Source of the DNA: Antedon mediterranea
Lineage: Eukaryota; Animalia; Echinodermata
Length of the DNA: 64,000 bases
Assembly (NCBI RefSeq): GCF_964355755.1
Contig: NC_092670.1
Location: forward strand, 34,212,388-34,276,387
Reading direction: 5' to 3'
Shown: in pieces, positions 24,893 to 36,749 of the stretch
Layout: every line of letters begins with the position of its first letter
Numbering within the stretch: position 1 is the stretch's first letter
Notes under the pieces: generated by a model
Told to the model about the DNA's origin: nothing
Seen by the model: the letters and a program-made list of their open reading frames with translations, nothing else
The model's database searches: none
Program-made: the position numbers and the translations under genes

Positions 24893-26090
24893 TTGTAGTG
24901 AGTATATAATAGTAGTAGGCTCGTAAACCAAACAGAATTTTTAACCTGGGAGCACTGATATATATTAATACGCCTGTCAAAAAGTAGTTTACAGCTGCCA
25001 TGCCATTGTCATCTCTCAACCTTCACTCCCCGGACTTTTATGTTGCACTGCTTAACCAATTATAATGTATAATGCACAAAATTTTGCCTTTTTTCCAAAA
25101 ATGTTTATTCTTCTCATTTTAGGATCATCAATGCGATGACGAGTAGTGCAAGATTGAAGAAAAACTTAATTCAGCTTATTTAAATGCAATTTATTTTGTG
25201 TAATTACATAAAAAAAACAAATGAAGATGTCCCACTAGTCAATAGAAGTCTTTTTATATTTTGTAATATTAGAAATAAATCATAGATCATAAATTAAATT
25301 GGTGATGGTGATAAATATTAATTAGCAAGAAAGGCACAGTACTTGCAATAAACTATGACCTATGACCTGGTGTTTCTGTACTTTTTATGTTATGGCTCAA
25401 GAAGAATGTTGATTTTTTTAAGCCAGTCTGCTGCCGGAATTTGAACAGGGGTGGGTGTTTTTTGTTGCTTATTTCTAGTTTGAAAAAGACAAGAAAACCT
25501 AAACTTTCCACTGGCTATGGGCTTTCTAAACTTTGAATTTACATCAACCATGGTCCATGTGATGAGCATATAAGCGAAATTTAAAAAAACAGACCTATGA
25601 AGTATATCACTGAATTGCACACAACCCAATGTCTCCCTCTCACAACCAACTGCCTGTTGCAACTCTTACAGTATGAGTAGTAAGTTTTTACTGAAAATAT
25701 ATAAAAATGTTTGTAGGCCTAGCCTCTAAGAAAAAAACTGGCTGAAGTGTACTTGCAGTACTTTTACTAGTAGGCCTACTAACTTCAGCTTGAGTGGTGA
25801 TCTATGCCAACCACACTGCCAAATGTTTTAGATTGTTGCATTGCACAAGCATTTTATCATAATTTAATACTTAGCCAAGGGAATTTACAATATAAATCTG
25901 AAATTGCGATAGCTAGCATCCCATCTCGTGTCGGCCTTTTTTCGCGAAAAAACATTCAACCAATTGTATGCCGCGATCTAACTCTTCTAGCAAGTGATCA
26001 TCGCCCCTCTGCTTTGTTTCGCCCAATCCGAATAGAAACTGGAACATTTAGGCTAAGAGAGATTCGACAACAGAGGGTAGCATATACAAC

Positions 26091-29000
26091 ATGGCTGCGC
26101 GCAGTACAGCAAATGTTTTGAAGATGATGGGAAAGACACCATCGATAATGAAGGATTATTTGTTTTTATTCGCTCAAGAACATGTAGAATTTCGAGTACC
26201 AGTTAGTTTCAATGTATTTCATTTTAGGAATAACATATATTTAAATTGTAGGCCTACGCGAGGTTTTAATTACTAAAGGTAGGCCTACTAGTTAGGCCCT
26301 CTCTAAAGAGTCTCTAGGGTAGTAGGCTAGCTACTGTAGCTAGCCTAGGCCTATTTATATAGGCCTGGCTTAAGCCTACTATACTAACTAGGCCTAGGGG
26401 CCTAGGCCAAGTTAGGGCCGGGTGGGAGGAAGGAGCAGCTGGAGGAGGCCTTTTTTAATTGTACGCCAACACTCCCTCTCTCTCCTGGTAGGCCGGTGGG
26501 TAGAGGCTAAGTTCTACTTTATAATTAATTTAAATTTACACACACAGTTGACTGTGCTGTACAGTGTCAGTAGATCATACATAGAGATATTATAGTGAAT
26601 TATAATATCTCTAAGAGTAGATCAACATTCAGTTAACAAGCTAAAAAGCTTATGTATCCCTTCCTTTCCTTTCTTCTTTTTTACAAATTATTGTATAGAC
26701 GTTTGAGGGATCCAGGTACAAACAATCACTTGTTTATAATATATTGTATGTATGTGTGTACAGTATGTATAGATATGTACTAAATAACATTACTATTTTT
26801 TATATTGCAGGAATTGCAGTCACTTGTAGGAATTCATGGAATTAAAATGGAAATGATTGAAAAACATAACAACACTGTAAGGTTGCTATATATTGTACAG
26901 TAATTCCCAAACCTTACACTTTATTGTACTGTAATACCATTAATATAATGTTCTAAAAATATGGTATAACATTCTTGGATATTTAATAATTTTTAAGACA
27001 ACGTTTCTTATATTTACTTATTTTATTGATGAAAATGCAATTAGCTCTAGGCCTATCCTATTTTGTGTATAATTTACAGCCTGAAAATTTAAAATATATA
27101 TATATATATATATGAGAGAATGTATCTGGTGGGTGAAAATCTGTGATAATACCATACATGGCTCTGTGGTCTAGTGGTATGATACTCGCCCTGTAAGCGA
27201 GAGGTTGCAGGTTCGAATCCAGCCAGAGACATTTTTTCATACAACTAAAAAATATGGAACTTTCGCCAATGAGCTATGCTCGACGCGATTATGAGATCAT
27301 GTTCCGAATATGAGCACTGTTTCTATAATTTACAGTATGATTTATATATATATATATACTGTATATATATATATAGTGGTTGCACTTGGCAGGGCCTGAT
27401 TAAATTAAAATTACACTATCACAATATAGTCCTTTAAATTAAGCTATCATTAGGTGTACTATTGCAAAAAACATTTTTATGAGTTTTTCAGTAAACCAAC
27501 CAACATAAAAAAACAAGGTCTACATATTGTTATATAGTCAGTGTCATAAAACGAGACTCTGGCTCAGGCAGTATTTCAGTATTATTAAACACATATTTGT
27601 CTTATTTTAGTCGCCATTTCTGGTTGTCCAACTACCCTCGGAGGAATGTGCCGTAAAGATTATGGGACGGTGTATTTTAGCAAAATCAATTATTGAATTA
27701 TGGGCGAGAGGAAACTCGAGGCAAGAAGTTTATGATAAATTAAGGGATTTCCCAAAGGAGCGGTCCTCTTTTTTCAGCGGAGAAGATCAAAGTTTTTGTC
27801 TAAGAGTTCACACTTTTGGTAAAACACTTACTGGTGAAAAAAAGTTATCAATAATTCAGGTAAATATGATGTTTTTTTTTAAATATAAAAACAAGACTTC
27901 TGGATCATCGATATTAATAATATAAGAATCCTTCAATCCTTTTCTTTTGAGGTGAGTAAGTTCGATCACTCACCTAACACACTCCTAAACTGCCCTTGTG
28001 GAGTGCGATTTACAACACACTTAAATTTGATAAACTTCTACACACTAAAATACAAACAGCACACCTACAGCATCCCTGAATGTATTGAGGAGTATAATTT
28101 GTAGCACACCTATTATTTTCAAAAGACAATGCCTGATCCTTGTTCATAGAGATTGGAGAAGCGTGAAACAAATCATCCATGCCATTTCCAAAATATATGT
28201 GATTATGGATAAATATATAATACTGTAGTATGATGATTTTGCCATCTCTTTGGACCACCAATGTTAAAAAATTAGAAGTGCTCTCCTAAATGTATAAAAT
28301 ATTTAAGTAAAAAGAAAATTATAAAATGCACCAACCAATAAACATGATTGACCGAGAAATCTATTTAATTATGCATAATTAATTAGTTACATTATTTTTT
28401 CCCATAGGACGTTGTAAAACATCTTAACTTCAAAGGACCAGTTAACTTAACAAATCCAGACAATATGTTTTTCCTATATGAAGATTATGGAATTAATCCT
28501 AACACTGCTCCAGACGAACCTTATAGTGTGTACTTTGGAAGATGGGTAAGAGGAATGCATGTTTTTATTGAAATATTTGAAGGATAGAATAGAATAATGA
28601 AGATATACCTGATAGAGGTGTTTTTTCCTTCTTATAGTCCAATTCTATACAGTGTGCCATATTTTAACTTTGTTTTTTATTTGCTGCTCAGATTTCAGTA
28701 TAGATATTACATTAATAATGATATTTATAGAATTATGAAGATATACCTGATAGAGGTGTTTTTTCCTTTCTTATAGTCCAATTCTATACAGTGTGCCATA
28801 TTTTAACTTTGTTTTTTATTTGCTGCTCAGATTTCAGTATAGATATTACATTAATAATGATATTTATAGAATTATGAAGATACAGTATACCTGATAGAGG
28901 AGTTTTTTCCTTCTTATAGTCCAATTCTATACAGTGTGCCATATTTTAACTTTGTTTTTTATTTGCTGCTCAGATTTCAGTATAGATATTACATTAATAA

Positions 29001-32000
29001 TGATATTTATAGAATTATGAAGATATACCTGATAGAGGTGTTTTTTCCTTTCTTATAGTCCAGTTCTATACAGTGTGCCATATTTTAACTTTGTTTTTTA
29101 TTTGCTGCTCAGATTTCAGTATAGATATTACATTAATAATGATATTTATTTTTATATATTCTGTCTTTATACTGAATGACACTTTTCAATAACAGTAGTT
29201 TACATTAATTTACAATATGCTAAATATCTGCACAAAAAATACACAGTATAATATAAATGATGGAAGAAATATTGAAGGGAAAAGATAAATACGGTATTCC
29301 GTAAATAACCCAATGGAATCACATGGAATTTATGTCTGTAGCTACCAGAACATAAAAAAAACAAAACCAAAATTATTAAGTAATAATTGTATATTAACTA
29401 CTGTATATATATATATGTCTATTTTATCACCTCATAAATGTTATTACACTAATTGTGTCTCCATTGTTCTTCACCTGTTTCTGGGTCCATTGAAAAAATG
29501 AATGTAATTTCAAATATGTATTTTACTGTAAAGATATGTGATGGTCAACGTAAGCTAGCAGATACGTATTCAGTAAAGAAAAGGCATTTTATAGGAAACA
29601 CAAGCATGGATGCAGCCTTATCATTCATCATGGCAAACCAGGCTAGAATAACACCAAATAGTTTTGTTTTTGATCCCTTTGTGGGTACAGGTAAGTTAAA
29701 AAATAAAACTTGACTTGGAAGCAATGTAAATATCTACTGTAATCGCTTGAGTTATGTTTGTTTGTACGTTTTTATATATTTAGGCAAATTGTCAAGGATA
29801 ACGGTAACCATAAGGGAATTCATTCACTATCCTTCTTAAAGGTGGCAATCCTGTTCACAAGACAAACATATACACAAGATGCTCTACATGAACAAATTCT
29901 TAATTGCCACACAAAAGTTAAAAATTAAGTAACTCTAAAAATTGATCCATCTTCCAAATACGGAGTGTCTTTATACCAACCTTGGCATTCATTTAGTTTT
30001 AAATATGAAATTGCCATTTTCCTATACTCTAGGTAAAATGAGACTCTATGAATAAAAATGTTTGTTGTTATTATTTATTTAACTGGATGACCTCTTCAGT
30101 CAAAGGCTGGTCTCCCTGAGGGCCCAGTTAAGATCAGTGGCTGTGACATACTAGTACACTGGGGTAACCCCTACTCATCTCAAATGACTTACTAGGTTCT
30201 TTAAAATGCACCTGAGTTAGATGTGTCAATAGACCTACAGGTTATAGTCCTTATCCGAGAAGACTCGTTCTACCACAAGAACCATTGAGCGAACCATTGC
30301 AAACTCCTGTATGGGCACAAAAGTAGTCTTCACTAGTTCATTCAAAGATTTTTAAAAATGTAATGCTGCGTCGGTGTTTCGAAAATAGTCTGGATAATCA
30401 TTTAATCCGGTTTATAATGCTTTTTGATCAGGAAGCCTTCTGATAAGTGCCGCTCATTTTGGTGCGTATGTGATGGGTGCTGATATCAACTATGAAACCA
30501 TACATGGATGCGGAAAGTCAAGTAGGACAAACCAGATATATAGAGGTCAGTAGAGAGGTCAGGTCAGTGAATAATGTGTTGTGCAATATCAAGCCTGTTG
30601 CCAGAGGGTATACATGTAGGGTTTGAACAAACCCTTGCCTAAGTACCCTTTTGAATCTAAAGACCAGCAGTGCACATAATGATAAATATGCCAAATTCGC
30701 CTAGTTCATGAAATCTTTTTGCAAACCTTTGTATGTAGCTGCCTTTGTAAACAAAAATATTACTCACAGCCCCCACCCCTCTAGCAATAAAATATTTATT
30801 GTGATTTGTTTTTGTGGTTGTATACTTGTAGGCAAAGATGAAAATATAAGAGCAAATCTTCGACAGTATGGACTGGAACATTCATACATTGATGTACTGA
30901 TGGCAGACTTCTCCTGCAATGTCTGGAGAGAACAACCAATGTTTGATGCCATCATTACAGATCGTAAGTTAAGATGATTATTGTGTATACTGGACCTACT
31001 GTTTATAGTCCTTATCCAAGAAGACTTGTTCTACCACCAAAACCATGGCATGAGTGAGCCTTGAACTCATGCCATTTGGCAATACATTTCGGTTCCACTG
31101 TTTTAACCATTCAGCCACTCACATCATGGCAGTCATGTTAAATCTATTTATTGATGATCTGGTGATAGTATGTTGTTGACTGTGGTAAAACGTCGGTGGT
31201 GGTATTAATTCAACCATTGTATTACCACCAACCACATTTTACCACAAAATAATTCCTCCGTGGTTACACAACCAGAAAAGTATTGATTTTCAAGATTTTT
31301 CCATTCATATTTACTTTTATATATACTTTAGCTCCATATGGAATTAGGGAGTCTACCAGAAAAATTGGATCCAAAAAAGAAGCTAAAATTGAAGAAGAAC
31401 AGTGAGTATATATAGTTGACTTTGCTTGATGTTATCAGGTCATTGTGAAGCTATAAGCTTATATTATGACCAATCACTTTCATAAAACATATTTACACTT
31501 TATGATTGAGCATTGTAGCATGACAATAACTGAAAGAGCATTAGAGTATGACAATACTTATTTTACTTTAAAGCCTTGATGGCCACATACCGTCTTCTCG
31601 AAGCTACAGTCTGGCTGATATTTTCACCGATCTGCTTAATTTTTCTGCTCGATATCTCCGCCTAAATGGATCTCTTGTATACTGGTTACCAACTCATAGA
31701 CCAGAGTAAGTATTCAGATTATATCTGACATATTACCAAAGAACCTAAAACACAAGAATCTCATTTCTGTCAATTTGCATTCAAAACACTGTATCGGAAG
31801 TATAGGGTTGTATGGTCACACTGCCCACCCTCATTTCCCCATTCACAACACCCTCTCACAACTAGAATTACAGCTTTTGTATGCCCTGTCATGTCGGTTA
31901 TCCTATCTCCTCTACAGTATAGCAAAGATTTTGCGTTTCTAACATGTTGAGGGCGCACTACTCCATTGCTCACAATGGCGCGACCCATTAGCGCTCTTCT

Positions 32001-33365
32001 ATCCTACAATGCCTTTCGAAAATGTTTCGCGGTTCAGACGAACAGGAGATTATTGTGTTGTACGTTCTTTGTTGCTAGAATAGAGCATGTAGTACGTTAG
32101 TCTGGGAATTTTGAACAATATTTATATCTGAAGGCTTTTCATATTCTTTCTTACTTTTTAATTTAGCCCTTGCTTTATTTGTATCTCCATTCTAACCACC
32201 GATACAAACAGCATTGCCATTTGTGAAGTAATTTATCTTTGGGTTTGAGCAATATATTACCATTTATATACTGTACCATTTAGTTGAAAAGTGTTCATAG
32301 GCTTTGAATATATGGTCAACTCTCCCAAGACACCTTTGTGCTGGCCGAATGTCTGGTTTTCTGGAAAGTCTTGTATTTAATATTAAAAAATGAATTTGGG
32401 ACCTTTTGGGCCTCAAAGTCTGGTATTGGGAAAATTTACTGTATTCCCATTGAAAGACTATGCAATAAGAATCTATCAAGCATAGCTGTCCTTTTCCTTC
32501 CTCTTTTTTACCTTCATAACTTCCTTCTATCCCAATTTTCAATCTTCTTCCCTAATTCCATGTTCAATCTATTTCTTTCATATATTATATAATTTATTGT
32601 TTTCTTTTGTTTAAATGAAGGTACACTGATGACCACATACCCAGACATCCATGTTTAACGTTAGTCTCCAACAGTGAGCAACCTTTGTCATCGACGATAG
32701 GAAGGCGGCTCATAACAATGATAAAAACAAGGCATGCGTATGTAAGTAAACACTAGTGTACCAAGATAAATTTCACTGCCATAAATTTTTGTTTATTTAA
32801 GTCAATAAATTTTGATATCGTTAAAGCAAAAAAAATATTTGATGCATTTATCATTACTAATAGTGTACACCTAATTATTGAATATATAATGACCACTCTT
32901 TGGTCAAAGGGCTAATAGGAAATTGCCCCATATAAATAGCATAGTTTTGGTCATGTGGTTTAAGGCCAATTTACATACGAGCGTTAACAGTAAGCAGAAA
33001 AAAAAACATGTAGATTCTGTATTTATCCGGAAAGCAGAAACCGCCTGTGCACTCTGTGTAAATTGGCTATTAGGATATACAGTAACAAATTTTGGGGTTA
33101 GTGCTATTACAATATAGATTTTCAAATTAAATTTTTAGACAAAGTTCCATTGTTTTTAGCTGTTTTTGGTTTTAAGTATTGTAAATGATTACTATTTTTG
33201 CTTTTGTAGGAATGTGAAGATACCGCCGAGATGAGAGAAGACATTTATCAAAACCACAATGGAATTCGTAGTAAAGTATTTATCACAACTGAAGAAAAGC
33301 AAAAACGTAAATTGGAAAAAATGGAAAACCACGGCAAAGGAAAATCAACCGCGCATGTATCATGA
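26091..33365 (+). CDS. TRMT11: tRNA (guanine(10)-N2)-methyltransferase TRMT11. Exons 26091-26201, 26811-26876, 27611-27859, 28408-28545, 29534-29690, 30432-30545, 30832-30963, 31332-31401, 31574-31705, 32621-32741, 33210-33365
   Basis: YLFLFAQEHVEFR, KRHFIGNTSMDA, SAM motif VFDPFVGTGS, FDAIITDPPYGIRE, SNSEQ..RRLITM. All introns are GT-AG with consistent phases; AATAAA at ~33383. Confidence 0.95.
27160..27231 (+). pseudogene. tRNA-like sequence (tRNA-Pro-like body, TGT at the anticodon) followed by a T-run terminator, in TRMT11 intron 2
   Basis: Folds as a cloverleaf with A box TGGTCTAGTGG and B box GGTTCGAATCC. Mismatches in the acceptor stem (G-A) and T stem (A-A); C instead of U33. Confidence 0.7.
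28590..29148. repeat. Tandem repeat, 4 x ~139 bp, TRMT11 intron 4
   Basis: Units tagaattatgaagatatacctgatagagg...aatgatattta start at ~28590, 28728, 28867 and 29010. Confidence 0.95.
30060..30300 (-). mobile_element. Deu-domain-like tRNA-derived SINE (3' part); partial copy also at ~30985-31121
   Basis: Minus strand ggataaggactataacc...taaagaacctagt...gagtaggggttacccc resembles the DeuSINE core; A-rich tail. Confidence 0.7.
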
Positions 33366-33981
33366 AACTCATGATTTTTGTGAATAAAATTAAAACAAAA
33401 TCATGTTTGCATGTTGAATTATGGGATAATTGATGAGTAGTGCTATAAACCGGTACATTGAAACCTGTTATGTATCGAAGAATGTACGTGTGCCTTTGTC
33501 AGCAAGCAATCTACGGTACAGTAGCCTGGATTTCACTTTTCAAATTTCTCGCCATTCAAATGAAAAAATAGATTCATACGCGTTAGAGAAATTTAAAGAA
33601 AATCTGGTATTGGATATTAAAAGCAGAATCATTTTTAGGTCACAAAAAATTGATGATATGTATAGATGTAGATTCACCCTTGATTAATTGAAATCAGTGA
33701 ATCAAAATGTATGATATAAACAATACTGGATTCACAAATATATCACAAACACCAAAAGTGTTGTACTTTTAGGAAATATGTTCTGTTGTGTATCTGTATA
33801 GTTTTATTTATTATACAATTCACAACATACTGTACAGTTATGATAGAAGAAAAACAACTAAAATTTCCACCAGTATTTCTATTTTTACTGAATTGATTTA
33901 AATTTCCACCTACTTTAGTATCCACCATCTTTTGAAATGTCTTTTTTTTTTATTCTCTACATTCAGCTATAATTTCTATTG

Positions 33982-34020
33982 TTGAGGACGATCAAAGTAT
34001 ATTGATCGAAACGTCGAGTA
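33982..34020 (+). ncRNA. Isolated minimal hammerhead-like motif (probable Penelope pLTR remnant)
   Basis: TTGAGGA-c-gatcaa-agtata-ttgatc-GAAA-cg-TC; perfect stem II; 5' strand of stem I not evident. Confidence 0.5.
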
Positions 34021-36749
34021 ACCCAACAGTTCTTTTCAGAAAGAATACACGTGGTGTACCGCAAACTTTATATCGACATGAAATAGAGAGGTTACTGTAT
34101 CCCTGATTGAATAATTAAAACAGCTTACAAATTGTATAAGCAGCAAGTTTTAAGTTTAAATCTAGTATTGTAAATAAACAATAAGAAAGTATATATTTCA
34201 TTTGTCTTGATTGTTTATTCACCATTCATATATATTATTGGATCTGATAATATAATAAATACATTTGCATCTCATATGCACACATGCACCAATAACACAC
34301 AGTAAACAATAATAAGTTTGAAACTTGAAAAATGTTATATCCTTTCTGTCGGCTACTCATAATTGGTGAAATGAGTGTGAAAGAGGTAATCTGTTATTTT
34401 CATGTATTTACTACAATACCTGCATTTTATGCATGCTTAAAATAACATTTTTCTGTTGTTTTTTGTGTATTTGGCACTCATTAAAAAGTTCATTTTTAGG
34501 CCTAGCTTTAAGGTAAACAAAACAGACGATATATATTTAGATATAGAATCTATGTGTGGGAGGGATCAATTTAAGATCAACCTAGGTGTTAGGGATCCCA
34601 TGTTTTATGTAGATATTTTGACCTTGTACCTTTTGTAAAATGTAGGTCTTACTGTATTCCTTTTCTACCAATGTGATTATGTACACCTGCAGACACCTTT
34701 CCATTTGTCCATTACTACCAGAGAGGTGTAATAAGCCGAAGACTAGAGGGTGTACTCCAGACTAAAAAGTTTTTCCAAAAGGAAGGTGAACCAACAAGAT
34801 GACGGCCGTAAATATGTTCAAAAGTAATCTAATATAATACATTAAGATCACATAAATTACAACACATTTTCTTGTTAAAGCACAGTGAAAAAGATATTAT
34901 TAATCGCAATGGAATGAATAATTTCTTTCCGAGTAATCTAGTATTTTTTGTATATAAGGAACATATAGAATGAGTTCGCTTACGCTTAACACACTGCGTT
35001 GCATGTTCTCGCGCAGGCTCAGCACAGGCGTATAGTACTGCGTAGGGCATATCTTATTTTTCGATTGCCATCTTGTTGGTTCCCTCTCCATGAAGAATCA
35101 CTTTTTGAACTGCAATAACATTGGAGTTTGCAATCTAGCCTTCTGCTATAAAATCTTAATACACAAATTTATTAGAGAACTGAACGGATCAAAGAAGTGT
35201 AATTGAAATATTTTGTTGGTTTTCTGTTCAGAAAAGTGATGTTGATTTCTGATCACATAAATATTCTATGATTGATGCATTTCGCTTATAAAGGTAGATT
35301 CACACCTGGTCTGTGCCACCTCTTTGTTAATGGCAGAATCTTCTATTCGATGATTTGGAACAGGTGTGAACTTAGCTTTATGGTACATTTCTATAGACAA
35401 GGACCACAAGTACGTCCTCTTAATCTATTACAGATAACTTTGTATAAAATATAATGTTGTAAAAACAGTGGGAACCTACTCATCAATGGAAACTTTCCCA
35501 TGAAATGCAACAGGCAATATTCTGGGGACAACCTTATTGGATCTCAAAGGTGTATTTTTAACAGGGGTTTTACTGTAGTCTGTATATTACAACTTTACAG
35601 AAAACACTTCAGTGATAAAACATTTTTGAAAGGTGCAAAATTAAGTCCAGACTTTTTAGAGACTCAAAATCTGTTGAATCCTATGAACTATTGTCATATA
35701 CGGTCTAAACTGCTGACAAGTTATAGTGTAAAAAAAGTTGATTTACAATGTACTGGCTTACAAAATTAATTTGCTTATAATATTTAGCTACTCACTGTAA
35801 CTGATCAAGAACTACACAGTATGCATTACGTTAATAGGTGATACAATTCCTTCGTTATTTTACACTCTGGGCACTGGGCCTAGCGCTAGCATACTGACTG
35901 TGGGTCAAGGAAGCATTCTTTTTTTCTATGACACTAAGGCAGATATCATGAATAATTCATTAGAATAATTATGACATAATATGGGACATTATAGAGGGCA
36001 CTATATAAGCATGGAGGGAGATTAAATAATTTGTATAAACAGCATTTGCCAACTGAAATGTTTGGTCTAGTAGTAAAGGATTCAACCTATTACACTGGAG
36101 CCCATGGTTTGAGGTCTATCAAGAACCATTTTTTTTTTTTAATAGTTGAGAGAGATTTAGAGGGTTAGGTTTAGTATATTTAGGAAGTAGATCTTGCAAT
36201 TCTTTATCATAGAAAATAATTAAGGTAATGAATTATTCATGATTTCTGCCTTAACCTCATAGGAAAAAAAAATTATGCATCCATGAAGGATATCTGCTAC
36301 ATAAGAAGCATATGTTGCCTATGTTTTTTGATTGAGCAAATATTTTAGGTATAAAATTACATTTATATTTTTTCAAAAATTTGGGAATGTACTATCAAAA
36401 ATGTATTAGAAACACTGCACGAGATCTCATAATTCTTATTCATTTGTCATTATTGGTCAATTAACAATATTGGGAGGTAGTCAACAGCTTAATTGTTCAT
36501 CTTAAAAATGTATTGTAATGACTGGTCCCCAACGACAGCCCAATAAACAAAAGATTATATCGTTTATTTTAGTCTTTATACGCAAACACAAACAACAATT
36601 GTTATAAAAACTCTTGTTCATTCATCGATGATAGTCAACATCCAACAAAGTATTCCCTGATTGGTTGGCTACAGATGGAAGTGTTTCCTGATTGGTTGGC
36701 TACAGATGGAAGTGTTTCCGGATTGGAGGTTTGCTTTTGGTGACAGTTT

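Noticed and set aside
27160-27231. Functional tRNA-Thr(TGT)
   Set aside because: Acceptor and T-stem mismatches, C33 and a Pro-like body argue against a canonical tRNA.
36655-36727. 31-bp tandem repeat with CCAAT motifs as a promoter
   Set aside because: It lies directly after the EMC2 stop (3' UTR); a simple local duplication is sufficient.
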